A stretch of 64,000 nucleotides of DNA from NCBI GenBank assembly GCA_963810095.1, contig CAWEMM010000006.1, forward strand, positions 1,504,001 to 1,568,000, written 5' to 3'. Position numbers and translations under genes: made by a program. Position 1 is the first letter of the stretch. Each line of letters starts with the position of its first letter. The DNA is from an uncultured Chloroflexia bacterium. GTDB lineage: Bacteria > Chloroflexota > Anaerolineae > CG2-30-64-16. Under the pieces are notes generated by a model. That model was not told where the DNA came from. It did no database searches and saw only the letters and a program-made list of their open reading frames with translations. Below are positions 53,093-63,655 of this stretch, piece after piece.

Positions 53093-54860
53093 ATGACCGC
53101 ACCCACACCAACGATGACCCAACCCGCCGGCGTCCCCAGTGCGGGAGGCGCCCTCCCCTACGGCGACGCAGTGCCGGGAGCCGTGCTCGAACAACTGAAG
53201 ACCGGCCTCGTGGTCGCCCCCGACCGCGTGGTCGAGTTGGCGCGCGTATCTGCGCGACCGGCAGGGGTACGATTACTGCTCGATGGTGACCAGCATTGAC
53301 TGGCCGCAGTACATCGAGGTGGTCTACTATCTTTACGGCGTGAGCCAACCGAAGGACGCGCTCGTTTTGCGCGTGCGGCTGACGGACAAAGCGAACCCGG
53401 TCATGCCGTCGCTGACGCCAATTTGGCCCGGCGCGGACTTCCAGGAGCGCGAGGTTTACGACATGATGGGGGTCCGGTTCGAGGGCCACCCGAACTTGCG
53501 GCGGATTCTCATGTGGGAGGGCTTCCAAGGCTGGCCGCTGCGCAAGGACTACAAAGAGCCCTTCTACGAGGAAGAACTCAAGCCTTTCAAGAGCCGGCAT
53601 CCCGAGGGCCATCACAACTGGGCCGAAGACCGCGTGCCGTGGAAAGACAATGTGAGCTATCCCGTGGCGTGGGACCCTGATCTGTGGACCTCGCCAGAGG
53701 TGGAATACCGGCGCATCATGGCCGTCGACGACGTCAAGAGCGCCGACGCCGACATTCGGACCGAGCGCATCCTGGTGAACATGGGCCCGCAGCACCCGTC
53801 GACGCACGGCGTGTTTCGCATGGTCATCGCGATCGAGGGCGAGAACGTCGTCGGGCTCGAGCCCGAGATGGGCTACCTGCACCGCTGCCATGAGAAGATC
53901 GGCGAACGCAACACCTACATCATGAACATCCCGTTCACCGACCGGCTGGACTACATCAGCTCGATGTCGAACAACCTGGGCTATGTGCTGGCAGTTGAGA
54001 AGCTGATGGGCGTGCAAGTGCCGGAGCGGGCGGAGTACCTCCGCGTGATCATGGCGGAGTTCACCCGGATCGTCAGCCATTTCATTGCCGTGGGCTTCCT
54101 GTTCAACGATCTGGGCGCGTACTTCACGCCGGCGCTCTACGGCATGCGCGAGCGCGAACTGATCCTCGACCTGTTCGAGGCGGTAGCCGGCAGCCGCATG
54201 ATGTGCAACTACATGCGCTTCGGCGGCGTGGCGGCCGACCTGCCCGACACGTGGGTCGAGCGGGCGCGCGAGCTTGTCTGGAACCGGCTGCCGCGGGTGA
54301 TGCGCGACTTCGAAACGCTGCTGGCGGGCAACGAGATTTTCATCAGCCGCACCCGGGGCATCGGCGTGCTGACGGCCGAGGAAGCCATCGCGTACAGCAT
54401 GGCCGGACCGATGCTGCGAGCATCGGGCGTGCCCTATGACCTGCGCAAGGCCGCGCCGTATTCGATCTACGACCGGTTCGAGTTCGACGTGTGCAGCCGG
54501 CCCGAAGGGGACGTCTGGGCGCGGTTCCGCGTACGCATGGACGAAATCTACCAGAGCCTGCGCATCCTGAAGCAGGCGCTCGAGCAACTGCCCGAGGGAC
54601 CGATCATGCCGCCTGGCAAGAAGCAGTACCAGGTGAAAGTTCCGGCGGGCGAAGCGTATTCGCGAATTGAAGGGCCGAAGGGCGAGTTGGGCTTTTTCGT
54701 GGTTTCCGACGGCAAGGCCAACCCGTACCGCTATCACGTGCGCGCCCCGACCTTTATCAACCTGACCAGCCTCGAAAAGATGAGCCTCGGCCACAAGATC
54801 GCCGATTCGGTGGTGATCCTGGGCGCGGTGGATATCGTGCTGGGCGAAGTAGACCGGTAG
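53093..54860 (+). CDS. nuoCD: Fused NADH-quinone oxidoreductase subunit C/D (frameshift near 53245)
   Basis: [18 protein letters not shown] (C); [33 protein letters not shown] (D). Confidence 0.92.
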
Positions 54861-54892
54861 GAGCGGGGAAACCGCGCCCGTTGGAGGCAAGC

Positions 54893-56059
54893 ATGTTTGG
54901 ATCTGGCGTGTTCCGTGGCCTGGGCGTCACGCTTAAGCAATTCGTCGGCACCTATCTCGACGATGTCAAGAAGATTCCGAGCCGCTACGCCGGTGGCAAG
55001 GAAGTCATCGATCAGACCGCGGTTGGCGAACAGGAAGGTCTGTTCACCATCCAGTATCCGGAAGAGCGGCGCAAGCTGCCCGAGCGCTTCCGCTACATTC
55101 CGATGTTGATCTACGAGACCAATGCGGAGACGGGGGCGAAGGAAGATCGCTGCACCGCGTGCGGCATCTGCGCGAAGGTGTGCCCGCCGCAGTGTATCTG
55201 GATCGTGCGCGATAAGGACGAGAACGGCAAACCGATCACCCGGCCCGCGGAGTTCTACATCGATTCGAGCATCTGCATGAACTGCGGCCTGTGCGCCGAG
55301 TTCTGCCCGTTCGATGCGATCAAGATGAACCACGACTTCGAGATTTCGGCGTACAAGCGCATGCCGCATCTCGTGTTCGACCTGGAAGAGTTGAGCGTCC
55401 CGGTCAGCTACTACGCGCGCATCCGCCCCACCGACTACGCGGAGGAAGAGGCGGCGAAGAAGGCGAAGGAAGCCGAGAAGGCCGCCAGGCCCGTAGTGGA
55501 GAAGGTGGCTAAGGTTGCGCCCTCAGCGGCGGCAGCTGCCGCGCCGGCAGCCCCGGCCGCCGCTGAGACGGCCACACCGGCTGCGCCAGTTGCGGCCGCG
55601 GCGGCTGTCAAGCGCACGCCTGAAGAGATCGAGCGGCTGAAGGCCGAAGCGGCTGCGCGGCGTGCCGCGAAGGCGGTCGAAGGTCCCGAGGGCGCGCCTG
55701 TCGCTGCTGACACTGCGGCGGCTGCACCCGCGCCGGTGGTGGAAGCCCCGGCCGGCGTCGGCGCGAAGCGTTCGCCCGAGGAGATCGAGCGGCTGAAGGC
55801 CGAAGCGGCTGCCCGCCGTGCGGCCAAGGCGTCTGGCGAAGCGCCGGCTTCTGAAGCTGCACCGGCGGCTGCGCCCGTGCCGGCTCCGGAAGCATCTATC
55901 CCTGCGGCGCCAGTTACTCCGCCGGCGCCGGCCGATGCGCCGGCGGGCGTGGGTGCGAAGCGCACGCCCGAAGAAATCGAGCGGCTGAAGGCCGAAGCAG
56001 CGGCGCGACGCGCTGCGAAGGCTGCCGGCCAGGGCGGGGGCACCGAAGGTCAGCCGTAA
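54893..56059 (+). CDS. nuoI: NADH-quinone oxidoreductase subunit I with Ala/Pro-rich repeat extension
   Basis: TIQYPEE, CTACGICAKVCP, CMNCGLCAEFCP; three KR[TS]PEEIERLKAEAAARRAAKA repeats. Confidence 0.9.
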   Translation: MFGSGVFRGLGVTLKQFVGTYLDDVKKIPSRYAGGKEVIDQTAVGEQEGLFTIQYPEERRKLPERFRYIPMLIYETNAETGAKEDRCTACGICAKVCPPQCIWIVRDKDENGKPITRPAEFYIDSSICMNCGLCAEFCPFDAIKMNHDFEISAYKRMPHLVFDLEELSVPVSYYARIRPTDYAEEEAAKKAKEAEKAARPVVEKVAKVAPSAAAAAAPAAPAAAETATPAAPVAAAAAVKRTPEEIERLKAEAAARRAAKAVEGPEGAPVAADTAAAAPAPVVEAPAGVGAKRSPEEIERLKAEAAARRAAKASGEAPASEAAPAAAPVPAPEASIPAAPVTPPAPADAPAGVGAKRTPEEIERLKAEAAARRAAKAAGQGGGTEGQP

Positions 56060-56117
56060 AAGGATCGGATGACCACTGTTGTGGGCGAGATAAGGGTGTG
56101 AGAGAGAGAGAAAGTAA

Positions 56118-56828
56118 ATGAGCGTCGAGGTTACCTATCACGGGCATGCCTGCTTCACCATTCGGACGGCCGGCGCGGACTTGCTCATCGACCCGTTTCT
56201 GACGGGCAACGAGATGGCCGATGTGACGCCGGAGCAGGTTAATCCGACCTACATCCTGATCTCGCACGCGCACGGCGATCATCTGGGCGACGCGGTGCCC
56301 ATCGCACAGCGGACGGGCGCGCAAGTGATCTCGAATTTCGAGATTGCCAATTACATGGAGCGGCACGGCATCACGGCCAATCACATGCATATTGGGGGCG
56401 CCCGGCAGTACCCGTTCGGCAAGGTCAAGCTCACCATCGCGCACCACGGTTCGTCGTTTCCCGATGGCTCATACGGCGGCAATCCCTGCGGCTTCTTGCT
56501 CTGGCTGGAAGGCAAGGTCCTGTACTTTGCAGGCGACACCGCGCTGACCTACGATATGAAGCTGTACGGTGAGGAAGGCATCGACGTGGCGATGCTGCCC
56601 ATCGGCGACAATTTCACGATGGGGCCCGAGGACGCGGTTAGAGCGGTGCAGTTCTTACAGCCGAAACAGGTCGTCCTCATGCACTATAATACGTTCGGAC
56701 TGATCACGCAGGACGCTGAGGCCGTCGCCCAGGCCATTCGCGAGCACACGGACAGCCAGCCGGTGTTACTGCAGCCAGGGGCAACCTTGGCCGTACCCCG
56801 TGAGGGGGTCCCCCTGAGCGGGGTATAA
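56118..56828 (+). CDS. Metal-dependent hydrolase (UPF0173, metallo-beta-lactamase fold)
   Basis: GHACF, IDPFL, SHAHGDHLGD, AGDT, LPIGDNFTMG, HYNTF. Confidence 0.9.
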   Translation: MSVEVTYHGHACFTIRTAGADLLIDPFLTGNEMADVTPEQVNPTYILISHAHGDHLGDAVPIAQRTGAQVISNFEIANYMERHGITANHMHIGGARQYPFGKVKLTIAHHGSSFPDGSYGGNPCGFLLWLEGKVLYFAGDTALTYDMKLYGEEGIDVAMLPIGDNFTMGPEDAVRAVQFLQPKQVVLMHYNTFGLITQDAEAVAQAIREHTDSQPVLLQPGATLAVPREGVPLSGV

Positions 56829-56839
56829 GGAGTCTTCTC

Positions 56840-57316
56840 ATGGATGTTGCCGCACTGATCGTGGCCGTGTTGGCGCTGTTGGGCGCCTTTTTCGCGACCC
56901 GCCGGGTGGCCGGCTTGCAGGAGCGGCTGGAACGCACGGCCGGCGAGCTCCACGAGTTGCGCAGCACGACGAATGCGACGCTGGAGGAGATGCAAGGCAA
57001 GCTCAATGAGCTCAAGCTGCAGGCGCGGCGCCAGGCCGGCCAGCCGATCTTCGACCCGCGGATGACGATTGCGGAGGCCATGAGCGTGCATCCCAAGGTA
57101 GTGGACGTGCTAGCGACGTTCCACCTCGGCGGCTGTTCGCACTGTGCGGTCAGCGACGTCGACACGATCGAGGGCGCGTGCCAAACCTATGGGATCGACC
57201 AGGCAGCCCTGATGAATGCGCTTAACGGATTGGTGACGGGCGGTAGCGGTGGATCGAGCGGCCTGGCCGCCACCATCCAGGGCGCCCGGATTTCAAATGT
57301 AAAGGTGAGTAACTAA
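56840..57316 (+). CDS. Membrane-anchored coiled-coil protein with DUF1858/ScdA-N-like C-terminal domain
   Basis: N-terminal TM, coiled coil, MTIAE...HP....L..FHLGGCSHC...TIEGAC..YGID. Confidence 0.7.
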   Translation: MDVAALIVAVLALLGAFFATRRVAGLQERLERTAGELHELRSTTNATLEEMQGKLNELKLQARRQAGQPIFDPRMTIAEAMSVHPKVVDVLATFHLGGCSHCAVSDVDTIEGACQTYGIDQAALMNALNGLVTGGSGGSSGLAATIQGARISNVKVSN

Positions 57317-57322
57317 GTTTCG

Positions 57323-57691
57323 ATGTATCCAAAAGCAGAACTCCTATTCCCGCCCAGGCTGATTCCGGTGCTGAAGACCTTGCGCGGGCCCGAGTGGGCC
57401 ACGCTGGTCGACCGGGTGGCTAAGCTGCCCGAGACAGACCCCGACAGCCTGGCGTTTTCGTTGATGATGATTCGCCTCGACGGCTGCGTGAAGTGTCACG
57501 AAGGCAGCTTCAAATACATGCGCGGCTGTCACCTTTGTGCGACCCAAACAGTCATGCAGTTTAAAGGATCTGATGGCGACCTGTACCAGCTGTACCTCAG
57601 GGCACGACGCGATATCGACTCTTACCTCGCCGGGCAACCGGTGTATGAGGACGACATAGTTGAAGTAATCGAAGAGACTGACCGGATTTAG
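57323..57691 (+). CDS. Hypothetical protein with two CxxC motifs
   Basis: CVKCH...GCHLCA; in operon. Confidence 0.75.
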   Translation: MYPKAELLFPPRLIPVLKTLRGPEWATLVDRVAKLPETDPDSLAFSLMMIRLDGCVKCHEGSFKYMRGCHLCATQTVMQFKGSDGDLYQLYLRARRDIDSYLAGQPVYEDDIVEVIEETDRI

Positions 57692-57699
57692 GATACTCC

Positions 57700-59010
57700 A
57701 TGGCTGCCAGACGAATCGCAATTATCGGCGCGGGCATGGCCGGCCTGGCCGCCGCGCATGACCTGAACAAGGCGGGCCACCAGGTGACTGTTTACGAGGC
57801 TGCCCCTGAGGTGGGCGGCCTCGCTTCTGGTTTTAAGGCGCCCGGCTGGGATTGGACGCTCGAAAAGTTCTACCACCACTGGTTCGCGGGGGATAAGGCC
57901 ATGCTCGGCCTGATCGACGAGCTGGGCTGGAGCGACAAGGTCATCTTCCGGCGGCCGTGGACGGTAGTCTACTACAAGGACAAGTTCCAGGCGCTCGATT
58001 CCTATGTCGAGGCGTTCAAGTTTACCCTGCGCAACTTCGGTCCCGTCGATCTCGTGCGCTTCGGGCTGGTCGGCGTATTCCTCAAGCTGACGTCGAACTG
58101 GAAGCGGCTCGAGCGTGTGACTGCGGACTCGTGGCTGCGCAAGTGGGTGGGCCCGCGGGTCTACAACGCCATCTGGCGGCCCATGCTGGTGGGGAAGTTC
58201 GGCGAGAAGAACCTGGCTGTGGTTAACGCGGCGTGGTTCTGGGCGCGGGTGAAGGCGCGCACGACGAAGCTGGGCACGTTTGCCGGCGGGTTCCAGCGCT
58301 TTCTGGACATGCTGGCGGAGAACCTGCGGGGACGGGGCGTCGAGCTTAACCTGGGCACGCCCATCACGGGCGTTCGCAAGCAGGGCGACGGGCTCCTGGT
58401 GGAGACGGCGAACGGCTCGCAGGCTTACGACGCGGTCATCTCGACGAGCTCGCCGGCGTTGATGGCAAAGCTGGCGCCCGACCTGCCCGACAGCTACTCG
58501 GCCGCGCTGCAGAAGCTCAAGTCGATGGGCGCGGTCGTGCTTGTCGTCTCGCTCGACCGCTCGCTCTCGCCCTATTATTGGCACAACCTGCCTAAAGAGG
58601 CCGGGTTCCCCTTCCTGGCGCTCGTGGAGCACACGAACTTCATGGATCGGGAACACTACGGCGGCGATACGATCATCTACTGCGGCGACTACCTGGAAAC
58701 GGACCACGAGTACTTTTCGTTGAGCAAGGAGCAGTTGCTCGATCGCTTCCTGCCTGCGTTCAGTCGCTTCAATCCACAGTTTGACCGCAGTTGGGTGAAG
58801 GACGCATGGGTCTGGAAGACGGCCTACGCCCAACCTGTGCCCCCGGTTAATCACTCGCAGAACATCCCCCCGCTGCGCACCCCCGTGCCCGGCCTGTACT
58901 TTGCCAGCATGAGCCAGGTGTACCCTTGGGATCGCGGGACGAATTACGCGGTCGAGATCGGACGGCGGGTGGCGGGGCTGGCCATGGAAGATTTGAGCAA
59001 GACCGCGTAA
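57700..59010 (+). CDS. NAD(P)/FAD-dependent oxidoreductase (amine oxidase/protoporphyrinogen oxidase-like)
   Basis: IIGAGMAGL, EVGGLA, LEKFYHH, YPWDRGTNYA. Confidence 0.88.
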   Translation: MAARRIAIIGAGMAGLAAAHDLNKAGHQVTVYEAAPEVGGLASGFKAPGWDWTLEKFYHHWFAGDKAMLGLIDELGWSDKVIFRRPWTVVYYKDKFQALDSYVEAFKFTLRNFGPVDLVRFGLVGVFLKLTSNWKRLERVTADSWLRKWVGPRVYNAIWRPMLVGKFGEKNLAVVNAAWFWARVKARTTKLGTFAGGFQRFLDMLAENLRGRGVELNLGTPITGVRKQGDGLLVETANGSQAYDAVISTSSPALMAKLAPDLPDSYSAALQKLKSMGAVVLVVSLDRSLSPYYWHNLPKEAGFPFLALVEHTNFMDREHYGGDTIIYCGDYLETDHEYFSLSKEQLLDRFLPAFSRFNPQFDRSWVKDAWVWKTAYAQPVPPVNHSQNIPPLRTPVPGLYFASMSQVYPWDRGTNYAVEIGRRVAGLAMEDLSKTA

Positions 59011-59039
59011 GTGCACGCGCTGCCGGACAATGGGAGACG

Positions 59040-59128
59040 AAATGGGACGCAGATTGAACTGATTCCTCTGATTCTTCTTGAAGAAGATCATGTAAATCAG
59101 TCTGATCAGCCAAATCAGCGGGCCCTTT
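59040..59128. repeat. Family C inverted element
   Basis: aaatgggacgcagattgaactgatt...aatcagtctgatcagccaaatcagcgggccctttc. Confidence 0.6.
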
Positions 59129-59151
59129 CAGATCAGTGAGGATGGAAATAG

Positions 59152-60251
59152 ATGCTTTTCGGTAAGAAGGAAGTCACGCGTCGAGATGGTGCTTGGCGCG
59201 CTCAAACACGTGCAGGAGCCGGAGCTCCACAAGGACCTCGTGACGCTTAACATGGTGAAGGACATCCAGGTGCAGGATGGCGACGTGGCATTTACCGTCA
59301 CGCTGACCACGCCGGCCTGCCCTTTGAAATCACAAATCGAGACCGAGGCGAAGGCCGCGGTCGCGCAGGTGCCCGGCGTGCGCAGCGTCAAGGTGAACTT
59401 TGACGCGCAGGTGCGGGCGGATCACCGCATCAACGCGAAGCTCGCGGTGCCGATCAAGAACATTATCGCGGTCGCCAGCGGCAAGGGTGGCGTGGGCAAG
59501 ACCACGGTCTCGGCCAACCTCGCCGTCGCGCTGAGCCAGATGGGCGCGCGGGTCGGCATCCTGGACGCGGACATTTACGGTCCCAACGTGCCGATCGTCA
59601 TGGGTGTGAACAGCCCTGGCCGACGTCGAGTCCGACAAGATGGTGCCGCCCTACGCACACGGCATCCAGGTCATGTCGATCGGTTTCCTGGTGCCCGACG
59701 GCGAAGCGCTGGTGTGGCGCGGGCCCATGCTGCACAAGGCCATCCAGCAGTTGCTGACCGACGTGGCCTGGGGCGATCCACAGGGCCGGACGGACGCGGA
59801 ACGCGAGCTCGACTACCTGGTGGTGGACCTGCCGCCGGGAACCGGCGACGCCCAGATGAGCCTGGCGCAGCTTGTGCCGCTGACCGGCGCGGTCATCGTC
59901 ACGACGCCCCAGAACGTGGCGCTGGCCGATGCGACCCGTGGCATCACGGCGTTCAACCGGCTCGAAGTGCCCGTACTCGGCCTGATCGAGAACATGGCCG
60001 GCGACGTGTTCGGGGTCGGTGGGGGTGAGGCGGCCGCGCAGAAGCTCGGCATCCCGTTCCTGGGCCGCGTGGGTCTTGCGACGGTGGTGCGCGAAAGCGG
60101 CGACAAGGGCGAGCCCGTCGTGGCCTGCTGCCCCGAGACGGAGCAGGCGCAGGTGTTCCGTGACATCGCGCAGCGTGTTGCCGCCCAGGTCAGCGTGCTG
60201 AACGCCCGGCGCCCCGCGCCCGGCAGCGTGCCGATCAAGCTCGAACTGTAG
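59152..60251 (+). CDS. mrp: Mrp/NBP35 Fe-S carrier ATPase (frameshifts near 59180 and 59615)
   Basis: [24 protein letters not shown]; [21 protein letters not shown] across frames. Confidence 0.9.
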
Positions 60252-60315
60252 AAGCGGTTTCTCGCTTTGGCGCCCGGAACGCGCGGCCTTGCCGCCATCT
60301 CCGGGCGCTTTTGCG

Positions 60316-61089
60316 TTAAGTGACCTGTTTGTTGGGCATCTCATCGACGGCCGGCTGGGCAGGGAGCGGCTTCCGGCCATGGATGAGGTGCATTTTCAGC
60401 CCCATCTTATACAACCCCTTACCCATGGGGGTGGTCTGCAGCGCTTCGTCGAACGACGGCGCGGTTCCTCCCGAGCGAATGATGCGCAGGTACTCGCGGA
60501 TTTCGGGGATGCTGGCGAGGAGGAAAATCGCGTTGACGATCACCGCATAGGCGACGTAGCGCCAGTCCTTCGTGGTGAACCAGAACCATGGGATTAGCAA
60601 CCACATGCCGCCGATAAAGGTGACGAACGCGTCGCGCAGGAGCAGGCCGATGATCGGGCCGCCAAAACCGCACACGACCGTGGCGAGTGGATCGAAGGCG
60701 AGCACCCCGCCGTACACCTGCGAAATGCCCCGGCCCCCTCGGAACCGGTAATAGACGGGCCAGACATGCCCCGCCATCCCCGCAGCCGCGACAACCAGGA
60801 AGTAGGTTTCCCCCGGATACGCGAGCCGGAAAGCCAGCGTTGGGATGAAAATCTTCAGCATGTCCAGCAGGCCGGTCAGCATGCCGATCTTTGGGTTCGT
60901 GCGGAGAGAAAGTGCCGTGGCGTTGACAGACGTGACGCTCAGCGTCTGCTGTCCTTCCTCAAGCGTGTATGTTGTGCGGCTGAAGTCTGCGCCTGGCGCG
61001 ACAAAATGCGCCACCACGCGGGTGAAAGAGATGGCGCCGACGAAGTAACCGACGGCAGCCGCAGCAAACAGGATCGGACCGATCTCCAT
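60316..61089 (-). CDS. Divergent PlsY-like (glycerol-3-phosphate acyltransferase family) membrane protein
   Basis: GYFVGAISF, LDMLK, GHVWPVYYRFRGGRG; GAGGTG RBS. Confidence 0.75.
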   Translation of the reverse strand: MEIGPILFAAAAVGYFVGAISFTRVVAHFVAPGADFSRTTYTLEEGQQTLSVTSVNATALSLRTNPKIGMLTGLLDMLKIFIPTLAFRLAYPGETYFLVVAAAGMAGHVWPVYYRFRGGRGISQVYGGVLAFDPLATVVCGFGGPIIGLLLRDAFVTFIGGMWLLIPWFWFTTKDWRYVAYAVIVNAIFLLASIPEIREYLRIIRSGGTAPSFDEALQTTPMGKGLYKMGLKMHLIHGRKPLPAQPAVDEMPNKQVT

Positions 61090-61108
61090 ACCGCACCTCA
61101 TGCAAGAT

Positions 61109-63595
61109 CTATTCCAGGTAGACGCGGCCCTGGCCGCCATCCACGGTGAGAGCCTGGCCGTCGTAGATGCGGCGCGTCGCGTCCCGCACGCTGACGACTG
61201 CGGGCAGGTTGTACTCCCGGGCCACGATAGCCGCATGGGACAACTGCCCGCCTGTCTCCGCCACGATGCCGCCGATTCCGGCGAACAGCGGCGTCCAGCC
61301 GACGTCGCTGAACGGGACGACCAGGATGTCAGAGTGACCGAGCGTGGCGGGGGCATCGGCCGGATCATGGATGATCCGTGCGAAGCCGCGTGCCCGGCCG
61401 GGACTGCCCCCGATGCCACTCAGATAAGCCGCGCTTTCCACGGGGCCGCAGGGGGTCGGCCTGGCGGCCGGCTGCCCCGGAAGGCCGACGACCACCTCGG
61501 GGGGTTCCAGCGCTGCGTCCGCGGCCATGTCTGTGCGTCGTCCGTCGATGCACTCGGCCGCCACAGATGCAGGCCATCGGCCGGCCGCCAGCTCGCCCAG
61601 CTCTCGGCGCGTCAGGTAGAACAGGCTCTCGGGCTCCGCAAGGCAACCCTGCTCCACCAGCCGCCGGCCTGCGGCCAGGAACAGCCGGCGCATCTCGTAG
61701 GTGTACTCGGAGATCAGTACGCTGGCGCGTTCCCGCCAGTCGACGGAGGTCGTCGCGCCCGTCATGAGGCGCCGGAAAACCCAGCGGTCGAGCGGGCCGC
61801 CCGACTCGCAGACGCGGGCGGACGCAGCTTCGCGGATGATCCCGGCCTTCTGCTGGCCCACGGATGCTGAGGTAACACCACGTGCGATGGAGCGCCAGAT
61901 CAGTGCAGGGTTCTCGGCCCAGGAGGGGAAGCTGAAGTCCGAGCCGTTGCTGCTCAGATAGCCGTGGCGGGCGAGGAACGCGTCTACGCCCTCCAAGACG
62001 ACGCGCCCCTGCTCTGAGGCGCCGAGAGCGCGCGCAGCGTGCCGTCATCCGCGGCCAACAGCGCAGCGCGTGTTTCCTCGTCCAGGTAGTTTGCCTGCTC
62101 GGCCAGCCGGATCAGGTCCAACGACGGCTCGAGGCTCTTGATACCGGCCACGCCGCGAAGCAGATCACCGAACTCGACGCCCGGCGCCTTACGAGCAACC
62201 CAAGTCCGCAGGACGCGGGCGCGGGCCGCGCTGTTGAACACGCAGCAGAAGAAAAACCAAAAGAGGCTGTTGCGCAGGGCGGTCAGGGTGTCCAGCTCGA
62301 TCAACAACCCGGATAACGGCACTGCCGTCCAATCGCGCGTTCGGAACGGTTCGAGCCGGCTGCGCCCCTCGCGGAGCGGACGCGCCTGCCCGTCCGTGAG
62401 GCGACCCGTCTGGACCACGAGCCGCACCATGCGCAACGTAATTCCGAGTAAGCGCAGGCTGGGGCGCATGGGGACTCGGTCCCTGCGCTCGTCGCGCAGC
62501 ATCATCTCGAACAGGTTCGCCGGCAGTCCCGCCTCGGACAGCAGTTCCGACAGAACCGTCATGTCGGCATACACGCGCGAGTAATGTCTTGTGACCAGGC
62601 GCGCCGTGTCGATATCCCGCCTGCCGAGCAGCGCGGCGAAGAGCGTGCCGAATACCTCGTTCACCTTGGCCAAAGTGTTGACGTCGTACACCATGGGCTT
62701 GACCAGGCCGGGGGCCATGTCGGAGACAATGGCGCGGGAGTATACATGCCGGTCACGCAGCGTGGTGATCGGACGCGCCTGGAGGACGTGAAATGCCGCG
62801 CCATCCCATGCCCACTCGACGTCCTGGGGCACGCCGGCAGCGCGTCGCGATCTCACGGACGAGCCGGGCCAGGGCGCCGACTTCGGCCTCCCCGAGCACG
62901 GCTTGCCCGGGAAGGACCGGCGTCACCTCGGCAAGTACGCCCCGTCCGTCCACAACGTAGCGATCTGTGCGTACGCTGCCGCCGACGACCGCGGCGCCGA
63001 GCCCCGGCGCCGCCTCGATCACAACGCAGGACTGGCCGGTGATGGGGTCGGCACTGAACGCCACACCGGCAGCAGTTGCCGGGGCCATCCGCTGTACGAC
63101 GACGGCCATCTCTTCGTTCGCTTCGAGTTGGCGCTGCGTGAGGTAGGTGGCTGCACGCGGTGCGAACAGCGACGCCCAGCAGGCCCGGACGGCCGCAAGA
63201 AGGGCATCTTCGCCGGCCACGTCGAGCACGGTCTCGAACTGCCCCGCGTGCGAGGCCGCGCTTGCATCTTCCCCCGCAGCCGACGAACGGACCGCCACGC
63301 GGCCGCCCAAGCGGGCGTATGCACTGCAGATGTCCTTCTGAATGGGGGCGGGCAGAGGCGCGGAGCAGACCGCTCGATGCTGGCTCTCCCGGGGAGAGGA
63401 AGCGCCGTCGGGGTTGTCTGCAACCCCGTAGTCGATGCTGGCGAGGAAATCGCGGAACGCGTGCGTGGTGATCACGAAGCCCGGCGGCACGTCGAAGCCC
63501 TGGCGGGCGAGGCGGTTTAGCCCCGCCGCCTTTCCACCGGCAACGCCGGCGTCGCCGGCAGCACGGTTGCGCAAGTTGATTGCGTAGCGGGACAT
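61109..63595 (-). CDS. PEP-synthase/Rph-architecture ATP-dependent phosphotransferase or ligase (frameshifts near 62840 and 62010)
   Basis: GGKA, AVRSSAAGED, QDVEWA..LQARPIT, and C-terminal GGQLSHAAIVAREYNLP in three successive frames. Confidence 0.8.
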
Positions 63596-63655
63596 CGAGT
63601 GCTCCCGTCACGGTGGGCAGCCGGCCGGACGATGAGATTCCGGCCGGCTGCGGGT

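Noticed and set aside
53093-54860. Group 4 [NiFe]-hydrogenase large subunit
   Set aside because: No Ni-binding CxxC motifs; NuoD signatures present
57323-57691. c-type cytochrome (CxxCH)
   Set aside because: No signal peptide, and a second CxxC points to Zn or Fe-S binding
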